DNA of 64,000 nucleotides from an uncultured Bacillales bacterium (GCA_946614095.1 CAMOGG010000001.1:5968-69967); one strand, 5' to 3'. Counted from the first letter of the stretch, positions 50,368 to 62,350 are shown. A program made the numbers and translations. Notes: generated from the sequence alone by a model not told the origin.

Positions 50368-51009
50368 TTATTCATCTTCTACTTGTTCTTCCTTTTTCTC
50401 CTCTTTTGGTTTTACAACAACATAACGATTTGGTTCTTCTCCTTCACTTTCCGTATATACACCTTTAAAATTCGTTAACGCATTGTGAATAATTCTTCTT
50501 TCATAAGAATTCATTGAATCCATTTTCGCTTCAATTTTTGTATTTCTTACTTCTCTTGCTACTCTTTTGGCAAGTCTTTCTAAAGATTGCTCTCTTTTTT
50601 CTTTGTATTCATTTACATCAATAATAAACTTAAAGTTTTTACCAAGCTCTTTATTTAAGTATCCACTTACAATAAGAGATAATGCTTTTAGATTTTTTCC
50701 ATTTTTTCCTATTAATAGTGCATCATTATCTGAAAAAATAATATATTTTGGAACAGAGTCTTTGTTTTTTATTTCTATATTCACTGTATATCCCATTGTC
50801 TTTAAAATATCGATTAGGTAATCCTTTATTCCTTTTACTACCTCTCTTTTTTCGATTACTTCAATTTCAACTTTTTTACTCTTGAATAAACCACCTTTGG
50901 TACTTTCTACTTCTCTAATTAATAGATTCTCTTCAACCTCTTGTAATTCTTCTTTGGCCATTTGAATGGCATCTTCCTTTGTTTTTCCACTAAACTTTCG
51001 CTTTTCCAT
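50368..51009 (-). CDS. jag: Jag/KhpB (KH plus R3H RNA-binding protein)
   Basis: KH and R3H (…YERRIIHNAL…) domains. A terminator hairpin agaagat-tattc-atcttct overlaps the stop. Confidence 0.85.
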   Translation of the reverse strand: MEKRKFSGKTKEDAIQMAKEELQEVEENLLIREVESTKGGLFKSKKVEIEVIEKREVVKGIKDYLIDILKTMGYTVNIEIKNKDSVPKYIIFSDNDALLIGKNGKNLKALSLIVSGYLNKELGKNFKFIIDVNEYKEKREQSLERLAKRVAREVRNTKIEAKMDSMNSYERRIIHNALTNFKGVYTESEGEEPNRYVVVKPKEEKKEEQVEDE

Positions 51010-51934
51010 GTACTTCTTTACTCCTTTTCACTACATAATTTTGAATTATTGTAAATAAATTGGATGTTACCCAATAAATTCCTAAGCCAGTAGGCATAAA
51101 CATTGCTGTAACTACAATCATTGTTGACATCATCATCGGCATCATTTTCATAGTAGGATCTTCCATATTACCAGTTACATTCATCTTAAATGAGAAGAAT
51201 GTTGTTGCGGCTATAATAACCATCAATATTATATAAGCATAAAATGTTGTAGTTGATATTCCAACAGATGGAGTGGTACCAAGTTGTAGACCTAAGAATT
51301 TATCTTCAAATATTACTGGTATTCTTTGAACAGCTTCAAAAAATGCGATAAAAATTGGTAATTGTAACATAGCAAATAGACATCCTGACATTGGATTAAT
51401 ATTATACTTTTTATAAACTGCCATCATTTCTTGATTTTGTCGAATCATAGATTCTTGATCTTGTTTATTTTCATATTTTTTTTGAATTCTGTTTAATTCT
51501 GGTTGAGCTTTCTTGAGAATCTCTGATTGCATTGCTGTTTTTTTTGTAATCGGAAAAGCAATTAGTCGAATTATTAAACTGATTGTGATAACCGATATAC
51601 CATAATTACCAATTGCTCGTCCTAATTGTATTAATATATAGGCTAATGGTTTTACAAATATGCTTGTCCATAGACCTTCATATTTTCCTGATGTAATTTT
51701 GAAATCTCTACATTCTGGTAATTTATCAATTTTTACTTTATTTTTTTTATATATTTCTGCAGTAGTTTTGTTGGTAGGTTTACATAATATGTTTTCGGTT
51801 AGTGTCTGACCAGTTTTCTCATTCTTTACTGCTTTATTTTTACTATCAGTCAGTGTCTTTGTACATCCTGTTGTTATTAACAACAAGAAAATGATTATTA
51901 TGATTTTATATTTCTTTTTTTTCTCTGAATTCAT
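50990..51934 (-). CDS. yidC: Membrane protein insertase YidC/SpoIIIJ (lipoprotein form)
   Basis: Lipobox ITTGC, 60-kDa inner-membrane-protein core. Confidence 0.9.
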   Translation of the reverse strand: MNSEKKKKYKIIIIIFLLLITTGCTKTLTDSKNKAVKNEKTGQTLTENILCKPTNKTTAEIYKKNKVKIDKLPECRDFKITSGKYEGLWTSIFVKPLAYILIQLGRAIGNYGISVITISLIIRLIAFPITKKTAMQSEILKKAQPELNRIQKKYENKQDQESMIRQNQEMMAVYKKYNINPMSGCLFAMLQLPIFIAFFEAVQRIPVIFEDKFLGLQLGTTPSVGISTTTFYAYIILMVIIAATTFFSFKMNVTGNMEDPTMKMMPMMMSTMIVVTAMFMPTGLGIYWVTSNLFTIIQNYVVKRSKEVHGKAKV

Positions 51935-52286
51935 TTCTATTCCCTTTCTTTTTTTTCTTCAATATTAAAGCAATAAATTCTTTTTCCAAGATTTCATATG
52001 ATTTTCCAATTGCTTCTTTCCTTACTATTATAATATAATCTCGCCCATTAATATATAGTTTTCTGTAATTATCAATAATGGAACGTATTTTTCTTTTATA
52101 ATTATTGCGGAAAACAGCATTTCCTAATTTTTTACTTACTGAAATTCCAAATCGATCATATGGCAAATTATTATCTTTATAATATATAATATAATATTTG
52201 TTTTTTATGCAAACACCTTTTTTTATAATTTCATCGAATTGATAATTTTTCTTTACTATATATAATTTTCTCATAATTTTATTCAT
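51906..52286 (-). CDS. rnpA: RNase P protein component
   Basis: 126 aa, basic, RnpA family (…FGISVSKK…). Confidence 0.8.
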   Translation of the reverse strand: MNKIMRKLYIVKKNYQFDEIIKKGVCIKNKYYIIYYKDNNLPYDRFGISVSKKLGNAVFRNNYKRKIRSIIDNYRKLYINGRDYIIIVRKEAIGKSYEILEKEFIALILKKKKKGNRNEFREKKEI

Positions 52287-52325
52287 CCCTTTTTAGTAAA
52301 AAACCACTGTTTTAGCAGCGGTATT

Positions 52326-52448
52326 TTATTTGCAAAGACTTTTGCGTCCTTTACGACGACGACGATTTAAAATATTAGTTTTTTTACGTGCAAAAAAACC
52401 TAATTTTTTTGATTTTTTTCGATTATTTGGTTGATATGTTCTTTTCAT
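52326..52448 (-). CDS. rpmH: 50S ribosomal protein L34 (40 aa; below the ORF-track cutoff)
   Basis: MKRTYQPNNRKKSKKLGFFARKKTNILNRRRRKGRKSLCK. GGAGGTG RBS 6 nt upstream. Confidence 0.85.
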   Translation of the reverse strand: MKRTYQPNNRKKSKKLGFFARKKTNILNRRRRKGRKSLCK

Positions 52449-52519
52449 TCTTCCACCTCCAGACATAAATCTACATTATTATAATAATAATCTATTGAAT
52501 TTGTCAAATAAAACTTTAT

Positions 52520-52870
52520 TTTAACTATTATTTTATTTTTCCACTTTTTCCACATTATTGTTTAAAACTTTTTTTTCTTTGTTAAATTTTATATTGTGGA
52601 AATTGGGGAAAACTTAGGATTTCTTTTAATTTCAATGAAATCTTTTGTGAATAATTATGTGGAATGATAGTGGATTATTTTATTTTGTTTTTTTTGATGT
52701 GCATTATTTTGTTGAAAATTGTCTATTTACTATTTTTTCTTTCATTTTATGTGTGATTAATTCTATTTATTACGAGAGGAAATTAATAGAAAAAATTTTT
52801 AATAAAAATTGGTTCCTTTTTTTAATAAATTGGGGTAGAATAAATGTTGTCAAATGATTCTTGTGGGGAG
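52520..52870. other. oriC part 1: DnaA-box cluster upstream of dnaA
   Basis: Near-consensus boxes: TTTTCCACT, TTTTCCACA, TGTGGAAAT, TGTGGAATG, AGTGGATTA, TTGTGGGGA. Confidence 0.6.
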
Positions 52871-52878
52871 ATGGTCGA

Positions 52879-54252
52879 ATGAATGTAGATATTTTATGGT
52901 CTAATATATTAAATCAGATCAAAGACGAATTATCTTCCATTTCCTATGATACTTGGTTTGCTGATACTAAGTTATATAAACTAGAGAATGAAAAAGCTTA
53001 TATTATTGTTCCAATGCAGATTCATAAAAGACATTTAGTAGATAACTATTCCAATTTTATTCAATCAAAATTATCAAGTATGACTGGAGGTAATTATGAA
53101 TTACAATTGTTACTACAGGAAGAGATTGAAAAAGAAGAAAAAAAGGAATTAAAACAGAAAGAAATTGTACATTTACAAGAGCATACATCAGAAAATATTC
53201 ATTCTAATTTAATGAAAAAATATACTTTTGAGAACTTTATTGTAGGAAATAGTAATAAATTTGCTCATGCAGCTGCACTTAGTGTCGCTGAAAATCCTGG
53301 GAATATGTATAATCCATTATTTTTATATGGTAATAGTGGGTTAGGTAAAACACATTTAATGCATGCGATTGGTAATTATATTGTTCAAAATACTACAAAA
53401 AAAGTATTATACGTTACAAGTGAGCAGTTTAAAGATGATTATATAAAAGCAAATCGTAAAGATGAAAGTGGAACTAATTTTAATTATGTTGATTTTTTTA
53501 AAGATAAGTATAGAAATATTGATGTTTTATTGATTGATGATATTCAATTTTTAGGCGGAGCATCTAAGTCGCAAGAAGAATTTTTTCATACTTTTAATAA
53601 TCTATATAATGATAGTAAACAAATTATTATTTCATCAGATCGTTCCCCAAATGACTTAAAGCTTTTAGAAGATCGGTTGCGAACACGATTTAATTGGGGA
53701 TTGCAAGTTAATATTTATCCTCCAGATTTTGCTTTAAAAAAAGAAATATTAAAGAAAAAAATTATTGCTGGAGATATTACAGAAGATATTCCCGATGATG
53801 TTATAGAGTATATTGCCAATAATATTGGTCCAGATGTACGACAATTGGAGGGCTCTATTAATCGGTTACTTGCATATTCCGCAACATGGGGTGGAAAGAA
53901 AATTGACTTAGATCTAGCCATTGAAGCATTACCAGATTATGTTAGTAAAGGAATGGGTGAAAAAAACGATATTCATCGAATTCAGAGAATTGTTTCTGAA
54001 TATTTTCAAATATCTGTCGAAGATATTCGTAGTAAAAAAAGAAGTTCTAATATTTCGTTTCCACGACAAATTGCTATGTACTTATGTAGAACTCTCACAA
54101 GTGAGTCATTTCCTAAAATAGCTATTGAATTTGGGGGTAAAGATCATTCTACGGTAATGTATTCCGTTGAAAAGATTGAAAATGAAATTAGAATAAATAA
54201 GGATCTAGCAAATATTATTGAAAAATTAAAAAAAGATATAGGGGTTGTGTAA
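52879..54252 (+). CDS. dnaA: Chromosomal replication initiator DnaA
   Basis: AAA+ Walker A GNSGLGKTHL, C-terminal DNA-binding domain. The true ATG at 52879 has GGGGAG 8 nt upstream. The track ORF begins at an upstream TTG. Confidence 0.95.
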   Translation: MNVDILWSNILNQIKDELSSISYDTWFADTKLYKLENEKAYIIVPMQIHKRHLVDNYSNFIQSKLSSMTGGNYELQLLLQEEIEKEEKKELKQKEIVHLQEHTSENIHSNLMKKYTFENFIVGNSNKFAHAAALSVAENPGNMYNPLFLYGNSGLGKTHLMHAIGNYIVQNTTKKVLYVTSEQFKDDYIKANRKDESGTNFNYVDFFKDKYRNIDVLLIDDIQFLGGASKSQEEFFHTFNNLYNDSKQIIISSDRSPNDLKLLEDRLRTRFNWGLQVNIYPPDFALKKEILKKKIIAGDITEDIPDDVIEYIANNIGPDVRQLEGSINRLLAYSATWGGKKIDLDLAIEALPDYVSKGMGEKNDIHRIQRIVSEYFQISVEDIRSKKRSSNISFPRQIAMYLCRTLTSESFPKIAIEFGGKDHSTVMYSVEKIENEIRINKDLANIIEKLKKDIGVV

Positions 54253-54382
54253 ATATGTGAATTATTCATAAATAATCCACAATAATTTTGGAAAAAAATA
54301 TATGAAATACAAGGGAAAAATTTAATTTTTAACTTTTTCCACAGCAATAATAGAAATAATAAAAAGAAAGAAGGTAATATAT
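54253..54382. other. oriC part 2: DnaA boxes plus an AT-rich unwinding region between dnaA and dnaN
   Basis: TAATCCACA and TTTTCCACA boxes followed by aataatagaaataataaaaag. Confidence 0.55.
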
Positions 54383-55507
54383 ATGAAATTTACAATAAAG
54401 AAAGAATTATTATTAGAGGCATTAAGTAAGGTATCAAAAGCTATTTCAACTAAGAATTTAATTCCTGTTTTAGCTGGAATTAAGTTTGAATTAAAAAAGA
54501 AGAAATTGACATTAACAGCTAGTGATAATGATATTACTATACAGACAGTAATTGATTCTAAAGATGATGATTTTAAAATTGAAAGTGAAGGTAGTATTAT
54601 TATTCAAGGAAAATATGTTTTAGACATTGTTAGAAAATTACCAGAAGAGTATATTAATATAGAAGTTATTGATGATTTAAAAATTCTTATTTATACTGAT
54701 AATAGTGAATTTAATTTAAATGGTATTAGTGAAAGTGAGTATCCTAATATTGGGCTAGAAGAAAGTAAGAAAAAAGTTGATATTGATGTAAAAACTTTAA
54801 AAAATATAGTCTATCAAACTGCTTTTGCTTCTTCTAATGAAGAAAGTAAGCCAGTTTTAACAGGTATTAATTTTAATATAGTAGGGGATATTTTAGAATG
54901 TAATTCTACAGATTCTTATCGTTTAGCTCGTAAAATTATTCATCTAGATAAATCTAGTGAAGAAAATTATAATATTGTTATTCCTAGTCATAATTTAATG
55001 GAATTTACAAAAATATTGGGAGAAGATGATGATGTAGTTGAATTACATGTATTTAATAATAAAATCTTGTTTAAAACAGGTAATTTAAAGTTTGAATCTA
55101 GACTTATTAATGGTACTTATCCTAATACTTCTAATTTGTTACCAGAAGATTCTTTATTAACTGTTCATACTAATTTAAATGATTTTTATAATGTTATAGA
55201 TCGTGTTAGTATTTTAACTAGTGATAAAGAGAAAAATATTGTTACATTGGAAACAAATGGTAATACTTTAATATTAAAGAGTAGCTCTGTAGAAATCGGA
55301 AGAGTAGAAGAAAAGATGCAGATTGAAAAAGATAAAGAAGAAGATATTAAGATTTCATTTAGTGCAAAATATATGATGGAAGCTTTAAAAAGTTTTTCAA
55401 CAGAACATGTGGATTTACATTTTGTTGGAGAAATTAAACCTATATTAATTAAATCAGAAGAAGATGAAAGTCTTACTCAATTGGTTTTACCAATTCGTAC
55501 ATATTAA
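54383..55507 (+). CDS. dnaN: DNA polymerase III beta sliding clamp
   Basis: 374 aa, three-domain clamp. Confidence 0.95.
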   Translation: MKFTIKKELLLEALSKVSKAISTKNLIPVLAGIKFELKKKKLTLTASDNDITIQTVIDSKDDDFKIESEGSIIIQGKYVLDIVRKLPEEYINIEVIDDLKILIYTDNSEFNLNGISESEYPNIGLEESKKKVDIDVKTLKNIVYQTAFASSNEESKPVLTGINFNIVGDILECNSTDSYRLARKIIHLDKSSEENYNIVIPSHNLMEFTKILGEDDDVVELHVFNNKILFKTGNLKFESRLINGTYPNTSNLLPEDSLLTVHTNLNDFYNVIDRVSILTSDKEKNIVTLETNGNTLILKSSSVEIGRVEEKMQIEKDKEEDIKISFSAKYMMEALKSFSTEHVDLHFVGEIKPILIKSEEDESLTQLVLPIRTY

Positions 55508-55663
55508 AAGATTTTTATCTTTTTTTTTGGAAAAAAAATTAAATATTGCGTATTATATAGATAAAATAAGAATTTTAGACAAAATGTGACAAAATTCGAT
55601 TTATCATTATGATATAACATTTGTGAAAAGCAATTATTTGTTTTTCAAAAGGGGGATAAAAAG

Positions 55664-56110
55664 TTGAATTATGAGATTAGTAAAGGTACATTAGCTGTTG
55701 TACCAAATGAGTTTGAAAAGAGTATTGTCTATGAAGACGAGGAAAAGTATTTTGTAGATCAGTCTCCATTTCAAATAATGGAAGAAAGTTGTAAATATTT
55801 TGGAAGTACATATGAGGGAAGAAAAATAGGTGCAAAAGAAATCTTAGGAGCAGAATATAAAGTACCAATTGTAGTAGAGGATAGTAATAATTTAATTGTC
55901 TTTCCTACTACTTCACCGTCTTCTAATGGATGTGTTTGGATTTCTTTAAAAAGAGTAAAAAAAATAGAAAAAATTACTTCTAATCAAACAAGAGTAATAT
56001 TTGATAATAACATTGAAATCGTAGTAGATTGTTCTTTTCGTACTTTAGAAAATCAATTGTCTAGAGCATCACGTTTAGATTTAATTCTAAGAAATCATAA
56101 AAATAGTTAA
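55664..56110 (+). CDS. comK: ComK-family competence transcription factor homologue (short, 148 aa)
   Basis: Aligns with B. subtilis ComK blocks: YEISKGTLAVVPNE / YEVNGATIAVLPEE; PFQIMEESCKYFGSTYEGRKIGA / PLQIVDRSCRFFGSSYAGRKAGT; KVPIVVEDSNNLIVFPTTSPSSNGCVWIS / KPPIMVDPSNQIFLFPTLSSTRPQCGWIS. Confidence 0.7.
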   Translation: MNYEISKGTLAVVPNEFEKSIVYEDEEKYFVDQSPFQIMEESCKYFGSTYEGRKIGAKEILGAEYKVPIVVEDSNNLIVFPTTSPSSNGCVWISLKRVKKIEKITSNQTRVIFDNNIEIVVDCSFRTLENQLSRASRLDLILRNHKNS

Positions 56111-56224
56111 TTTTAACTATTTTTTTAGTGTAATAAATGGCTTATTATGATATAATACATTTATATGTATAGGAATACCATATTGGGGATAGGTGAAGCG
56201 TATGTGTCTTTTAAGCGGCTTTAA

Positions 56225-57337
56225 ATGAGAATTAGTAAAATAAAACTTGTTGGGTTTCGGAATTATTTAAATACAAGCATTACTTTTGGAAAAGGTATGA
56301 ATCTTTTTATAGGAGATAATGCTCAAGGAAAAACAAATATTTTAGAAGCGATAACTATACTAGCTTTAACAAAATCACATCGTATAGGTGTTAGTCCTAA
56401 CATTATTATGTTTGGTAAGAATAAGTGTAGGGTGGAAGGAGTTATCAGAAAAGACAGAATTATTTCTAAATTAGGAATTGAATTAACAGATGATAATAAA
56501 AAATTATTTGTGAATAAAACTGAAATACGTAGAGTAGCAGACTATATCTCACATTTAAATGTTATTGTATTTACTCCAGATGATTTAGAAATTGTTAAAG
56601 GGTCACCGAGTATACGTAGGAATTTATTAAATATTGAATTGTCACAAATTTCTAGGGAATATCTAAAAAATTATAATGAATATAATAAGTTATTAAAAAC
56701 TAGAAATGAATATTTAAAGATCTTATTTCAGAATAATATTGCTGATCAAACTTATTTAGATATTATTACTGATAAATTGATAGAAAGAGCAATATTTATT
56801 TATCAAAAGAGAAAAGAATATATTGATTTTATCAATTTATCTATTAATCATTTTTATCATGATATTTCTGGTGATAAAGAAATATTAGTAAAATATTTAC
56901 CCAATATTGATTTTGATAATTATGAATATGAAACTATTCGTAAGAAAATGAAACATATTTATAAAAAAAATTATATGAAGGAACTTAATTATGGTATGAC
57001 TATATATGGTCCTCATAGAGATGATTTTTTATTTGAATATCAAGGAAATGATTTAAAATATTTTGGATCTCAAGGACAACAAAAATTATCTGTATTGTCT
57101 TTTAAATTGGCTGAAATAGCTATTTTTAAAGATTTTTGTGGTACAGAACCGGTTTTATTATTAGATGATATTTTTAGTGAATTAGATATCAAGAAAAGAA
57201 ATCGATTATTGAAAATAATACATCTTGATGATATTCAAAGTATTATTACAACTACTGATATTAGAAATATTCAAAAAAAATATTTAGAAAATGCATTTGT
57301 ATTTTATGTAAAAGATGGGAATGTAGAAAGAAAGTAG
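56225..57337 (+). CDS. recF: DNA replication and repair protein RecF
   Basis: Walker A GDNAQGKTN, SMC-like signature. Confidence 0.95.
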   Translation: MRISKIKLVGFRNYLNTSITFGKGMNLFIGDNAQGKTNILEAITILALTKSHRIGVSPNIIMFGKNKCRVEGVIRKDRIISKLGIELTDDNKKLFVNKTEIRRVADYISHLNVIVFTPDDLEIVKGSPSIRRNLLNIELSQISREYLKNYNEYNKLLKTRNEYLKILFQNNIADQTYLDIITDKLIERAIFIYQKRKEYIDFINLSINHFYHDISGDKEILVKYLPNIDFDNYEYETIRKKMKHIYKKNYMKELNYGMTIYGPHRDDFLFEYQGNDLKYFGSQGQQKLSVLSFKLAEIAIFKDFCGTEPVLLLDDIFSELDIKKRNRLLKIIHLDDIQSIITTTDIRNIQKKYLENAFVFYVKDGNVERK

Positions 57338-57346
57338 GGATGTTAG

Positions 57347-59275
57347 ATGAATGAAGAAAAAATTGAACAAGAATATGATTCATCCGCAATTCAAGTATTA
57401 GAAGGATTAGAAGCAGTTAGAAAGAGACCAGGTATGTATATTGGTAGTACTAGTTCTCGTGGGCTTCATCATTTGGTTTGGGAGATTGTGGATAATGCTA
57501 TTGATGAGGCATTAGCTGGTTATTGTACACATATTGAGGTTACTATTTGTAAAGATAATAGTATTATTGTAAAAGATGATGGAAGGGGAATACCTGTTGA
57601 TATTCATCCAAAAACTGGAAAAAGTACTGTCGAGACGGTTTATACAGTATTGCATGCTGGTGGTAAATTTGGTGGAGGAGGATACAAAGTATCTGGTGGA
57701 CTTCATGGTGTTGGTGCTAGTGTTGTTAATGCTTTATCTGATTGGTTAGAAGTTAAAGTATATAAAAATGGAAATGTTTATTATCAAAGATATAGCCATG
57801 GAGGACATCCTGATGATGATTTAAAAGTTATCGATCAATGTGATGAAGATCGTACTGGAACAACAGTTCATTTTTTACCAGATGATGAAATATTTACTGA
57901 AACTACTGTATATGATTATGAAATATTACGAACTCGTTTGAAAGAGCTTGCTTTTTTAAATAAAGGTTTAAGAATTTCTTTGTTTGATGATAGAGAAGCA
58001 GATAAAAAAGACTCTTTCCACTATGAGGGTGGATTAGTTGAATATGTTGCTATGCTTAATAAAAATAAAGGACCTATTCATGATACTATTATTAATGTGG
58101 AAGGGGAAGAAAATGATATTAAAGTAGAAGTAGCATTACAATATAATGAAACTTATAATTCTAGTATCTATTCTTTTGTTAATAACATAACTACTCCTGA
58201 AGGTGGAACTCATGAAGATGGAGTTCGTAGAGCTTTAACTAGAATTTTGAATAAATATGCTACAACTAATAATCTATTAAAAGAAAAAGATGACCCTCTA
58301 ACTGGTGATGATGTTCGTGAGGGAATTACGATGATTGTTTCTATAAAACATCCAAATCCTCAATTTGAAGGTCAAACAAAGACAAAGCTTGGAAATAGTG
58401 AGGTTCGTGGTATTGCTGATAAAATATTTTCAGAGGCATTTGAGAGATTTTTATTAGAAAATCCAGATGAAGCAAGAATTATTATTGATAAATCAATGAC
58501 TGCTAGTAGAGCAAGAGTGGCAGCGAAGAAAGCAAGGGAATTAACTCGCCGAAAAGGTGATTTGGATATTACTAATTTTTATGGAAAATTATCTGATTGT
58601 AAAAGTAAAGATGCGACTGTCAGTGAAATTTTCCTAGTCGAGGGTGATTCTGCAGGAGGATCTGCTATCAAAGGAAGAGATTCTATGACGCAAGCTATTT
58701 TACCTTTGCGTGGAAAAATATTAAATGTTGAAAAGGCTAGACTTGACCGTGCACTAGGAAATGAAGAAATTCGTACGATAATAACAGCTTTTGGAACTGG
58801 AATAGGGGAAGAGTTTGATTTATCTAAATTACGTTATCATAAAATTATTATTATGACTGATGCTGATGTTGATGGTAGTCATATTCGTGTTTTATTATTA
58901 ACCTTATTCTATCGCTTTTTTAGACCTATTGTTGAAGCTGGACATGTTTATGCTGCTCAACCACCTTTATTTTGTATTAAACATGGAAAGACCATTAAAT
59001 ATGTTTTGAATGAAGAAGAAAGAGATGAATATTTGGCTAATTTGAATCCTAACACCAAGTATGATATTGCTCGTATGAAAGGTCTTGGAGAAATGGATGC
59101 TGAAGAGTTAAATGAAACAACAATGGATATTAATAAAAGAGTTCTACGTCAAATAACTGTTGATGATGCTATTGCAGCAGATGAAGTATTCTCTAAATTG
59201 ATGGGTGAGGAAGTAGAACCTCGTCGTGAATTTATTGAAACAAATGCTACTTATGTAGAAAATTTGGATATATAG
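57347..59275 (+). CDS. gyrB: DNA gyrase subunit B
   Basis: GHKL ATPase, TOPRIM (EGDSAGG). 642 aa. Confidence 0.97.
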   Translation: MNEEKIEQEYDSSAIQVLEGLEAVRKRPGMYIGSTSSRGLHHLVWEIVDNAIDEALAGYCTHIEVTICKDNSIIVKDDGRGIPVDIHPKTGKSTVETVYTVLHAGGKFGGGGYKVSGGLHGVGASVVNALSDWLEVKVYKNGNVYYQRYSHGGHPDDDLKVIDQCDEDRTGTTVHFLPDDEIFTETTVYDYEILRTRLKELAFLNKGLRISLFDDREADKKDSFHYEGGLVEYVAMLNKNKGPIHDTIINVEGEENDIKVEVALQYNETYNSSIYSFVNNITTPEGGTHEDGVRRALTRILNKYATTNNLLKEKDDPLTGDDVREGITMIVSIKHPNPQFEGQTKTKLGNSEVRGIADKIFSEAFERFLLENPDEARIIIDKSMTASRARVAAKKARELTRRKGDLDITNFYGKLSDCKSKDATVSEIFLVEGDSAGGSAIKGRDSMTQAILPLRGKILNVEKARLDRALGNEEIRTIITAFGTGIGEEFDLSKLRYHKIIIMTDADVDGSHIRVLLLTLFYRFFRPIVEAGHVYAAQPPLFCIKHGKTIKYVLNEEERDEYLANLNPNTKYDIARMKGLGEMDAEELNETTMDINKRVLRQITVDDAIAADEVFSKLMGEEVEPRREFIETNATYVENLDI

Positions 59276-59287
59276 GAGGGTTTGAAA

Positions 59288-61750
59288 ATGGATAGATTAG
59301 AAAAAAATAATATTGTGCAAGAAGTAAAAGATTCGTTTTTAGAGTATTCCATGAGTGTTATTGTGGCACGTGCTCTTCCTGATTTGCGTGATGGATTAAA
59401 GCCTGTACATAGACGTATTTTGTACTCTATGTATGAATCTGGCTATACTCCAGATAAACCTCATAAAAAAAGTGCAAGAATTGTTGGGGATGTAATGGGA
59501 AAATATCATCCTCATGGTGATTCTTCTATTTATGAGGCAATGGTAAGAATGGCTCAGGACTTTTCATATCGATATATGTTAGTAGATGGACATGGAAACT
59601 TTGGAAATATTGAAGGTTATGGAGCAGCTGCCATGCGTTATACGGAATCTAGACTTGCTAAGATATCATTGGAATTACTTCGTAATATCAATAAAGATAC
59701 TGTTAATTTTGTTCCTAATTTTGATGAAAGTGAAAGAGAACCAGAAGTTTTACCTTCACGTTTTCCTAACATTTTAGTGAATGGAACAACAGGTATTGCG
59801 GTTGGTATGGCTACGAATATTCCTCCTCATAATTTAGGAGAAGTAATTGATGGATGTGTTGCTTATATTGATAATCCTGAAATTGAATTAGATGAATTAA
59901 TGCAATATATTAAAGGACCAGACTTTCCTACAGGTGCTATTATTTTAGGAAATAGTGGAATTAGAAAGGCATATGAAACAGGTAGGGGAAGTATTACAAT
60001 TCGAAGTAAAGCAACTATTGAGGAAGAACACGGTAGACAACAAATTATTATTGATGAAGTACCATATGGTGTAAATACATTAGAATTAAAAAATAAAGTT
60101 GCAGAACTTGTTCATAATAAAACAATTGAAGGTATTGCTGATTATCATTCTGATTTAAAAAATGGTATTAAAATTACCATTACTTTAAAAAGAGATGCTA
60201 ATGCTCAGGTAGTATTAAATAAACTTTATAAACATACTTCATTTCAAACTACCTATGGAATTATATTCTTGATGTTAGATCAAGGTGTACCAAAGACTTT
60301 AGGATTAAAAGATATTATTTCTAAATATATTGAATATCAAAAAGAGGTTATTATTCGTCGTACTAAGTTTGATTTGGATGTTGCGGAAAAAAGAGTTCAT
60401 ATATTAGAAGGATTAAAAATTGCTTTAGATAATATTGATGCTGTTATTAAAGTAATTCGTGGATCTAATTCTGATGATGAAGCACGTACTGGATTGATGG
60501 AAGGGTTCAAATTAACGGAAATCCAAGCTAATGCAATCTTAGAAATGAGATTACGCCGTTTAACGGGCTTAGAGCGTGAAAAGATTGAAAATGAATTAAA
60601 TGATTTATTAAAAACAATTGCTGACTTAAAAGCTATTTTAGCTAGTGATGAGAAGATATTAGAGGTCATTAAGAATGAATTGTTAGAAATTAAGCAAAAA
60701 TATGGTGATGAAAGACGTACTAATATTGATATGACGGCAATTGAATATATTGAAGATGAATCTTTGATTCCAGAAGAGGATGTTATTATTAACTTAACGA
60801 AGAAAGGATATATTAAGAGACTTAGAACTGATACATATAAAACTCAAAATAGAGGTGGAGTTGGTATCAAAGGAATGTCCACGAATGAAGAAGATTTTGT
60901 TGAACATTTAATTACTATGAATACTCATGATTTTATATTATTCTTTTCTAATCGTGGTAGAGTTTATCGTATGAAGGGTTATGAAATTCCTGAATTTTCA
61001 AGACAATCAAAAGGATTACCAATCATTAATTTATTACCACTTGAAAAAGATGAGAACATAAGTTCGATAATTAGTATAAAACGTAATGATGATTTTACTA
61101 AATATTTAATGTTTGCAACTAAAAATGGTATTGTTAAACGTACACCTATTGAAGAATTTGATAATATTCGAAAGGGTGGGAAAATTGCTATTGTTTTAAA
61201 AGAAAATGATGAGTTAATCAGTGTTAAAAGCACTTGTGGAAAAAATGAAATTGTAATCGGAGCAAGTAATGGTAGATTAGTTCGTTTTGATGAAAATGAA
61301 GTTCGTTCTATGGGAAGAAGTAGTTCTGGTGTTAAAGGAATGGATCTTGATGGTAGTATTGTTGTAGGTGCTGAAGTCGTTTCTCCTGGTCATTTGGTTT
61401 TAATTGTAACCGAGAAAGGATATGGAAAGAAAACTTTAATTGATGAATATCGTTTAACTCATAGAGGTAGTAAAGGAGTTAAAGCACTTAATGTTACAGA
61501 TAAAAATGGTATGATGGCTTCTCTTAAATGTTTAAATCCATCAGCCAATGAAATTTTGGATCTTATGATTATGACAAATAGTGGAGTTATTATAAAATTA
61601 CCATTAGATCAAGTTTCTACTTTAAAACGTGCAACACAAGGTGTTAGACTAATTAATCTTAAAGAAGAACAGATAGTTTCTACTGTAGCACTTGTGGAAA
61701 AAGAAAATATTAATAACGAAGAATCTATTGAAGAAGAAAAAAAAGATTAA
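59288..61750 (+). CDS. gyrA: DNA gyrase subunit A
   Basis: Active-site region …AAMRYTE…. ATG at 59288 has AGGAGG 9 nt upstream. The track ORF begins at TTG 59282. Confidence 0.97.
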   Translation: MDRLEKNNIVQEVKDSFLEYSMSVIVARALPDLRDGLKPVHRRILYSMYESGYTPDKPHKKSARIVGDVMGKYHPHGDSSIYEAMVRMAQDFSYRYMLVDGHGNFGNIEGYGAAAMRYTESRLAKISLELLRNINKDTVNFVPNFDESEREPEVLPSRFPNILVNGTTGIAVGMATNIPPHNLGEVIDGCVAYIDNPEIELDELMQYIKGPDFPTGAIILGNSGIRKAYETGRGSITIRSKATIEEEHGRQQIIIDEVPYGVNTLELKNKVAELVHNKTIEGIADYHSDLKNGIKITITLKRDANAQVVLNKLYKHTSFQTTYGIIFLMLDQGVPKTLGLKDIISKYIEYQKEVIIRRTKFDLDVAEKRVHILEGLKIALDNIDAVIKVIRGSNSDDEARTGLMEGFKLTEIQANAILEMRLRRLTGLEREKIENELNDLLKTIADLKAILASDEKILEVIKNELLEIKQKYGDERRTNIDMTAIEYIEDESLIPEEDVIINLTKKGYIKRLRTDTYKTQNRGGVGIKGMSTNEEDFVEHLITMNTHDFILFFSNRGRVYRMKGYEIPEFSRQSKGLPIINLLPLEKDENISSIISIKRNDDFTKYLMFATKNGIVKRTPIEEFDNIRKGGKIAIVLKENDELISVKSTCGKNEIVIGASNGRLVRFDENEVRSMGRSSSGVKGMDLDGSIVVGAEVVSPGHLVLIVTEKGYGKKTLIDEYRLTHRGSKGVKALNVTDKNGMMASLKCLNPSANEILDLMIMTNSGVIIKLPLDQVSTLKRATQGVRLINLKEEQIVSTVALVEKENINNEESIEEEKKD

Positions 61751-61935
61751 TTTATTAAGAAAAATACGTATTGATATAGTACGTATTTTTTTATGTCTTT
61801 GATTAAGAAAATAATAAAAATACCTTCTTTGCGGGTGAGACTTGAAGAAGCAATAGCGTTAAGAAAAAAATAAATCCTCCTTTGATAGAAATTGGTCTGT
61901 CAATCGAAATCTAAAATCAAATGATGATTTATTTT

Positions 61936-62350
61936 ATGAGACGAAAAAACGTTGATGAAAGTTTCTTTATCTCATACGAGATGGAATTGTTAATATCACA
62001 TGTTTTTCACTACAAAACATCATAGAAAAGTAATATATAGAAAATTTCGCAGAGATATAGAAGTGTATCTAAGAAGACTATGTGATTATAAAGGAGTTGA
62101 GATAGTTGAAGTGAATGTTTGCTCCGATCATATTCACATGTTAGTAAAGATTTCACCTAAAATTACTGTTTTTTTTTTATGGAATATTAAAAAGGTAAGA
62201 GTAGTTTAATGATATTTGAAAAGCATGCTAATCTAAAATATTATTATGAAAATCGACATTTTTGAGCAGAAAGATATTACGTTAGTACTGTAGAGTCTAG
62301 TAAAACTACAATAAAACGTTATATTCAAAATCAGGATGTGGAGAATCAGA
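61936..62350 (+). mobile_element. Degraded IS200/IS605-family tnpA (Y1/HUH transposase) with frameshifts and in-frame stops
   Basis: Fragments …VEIVEVNVCSDHIHMLVKISPKITV… (HxH HUH motif) and …NLKYYYENRHF*AERYYVSTVESSKTTIKRYIQNQ… match IS200 TnpA but are interrupted. Confidence 0.6.

Noticed and set aside
50281-50380. Inverted repeat agaagat-tattc-atcttct near 50362-50380 as an independent regulatory site
   Set aside because: It is simply the jag rho-independent terminator on the minus strand (stem plus T-run), overlapping the stop codon.
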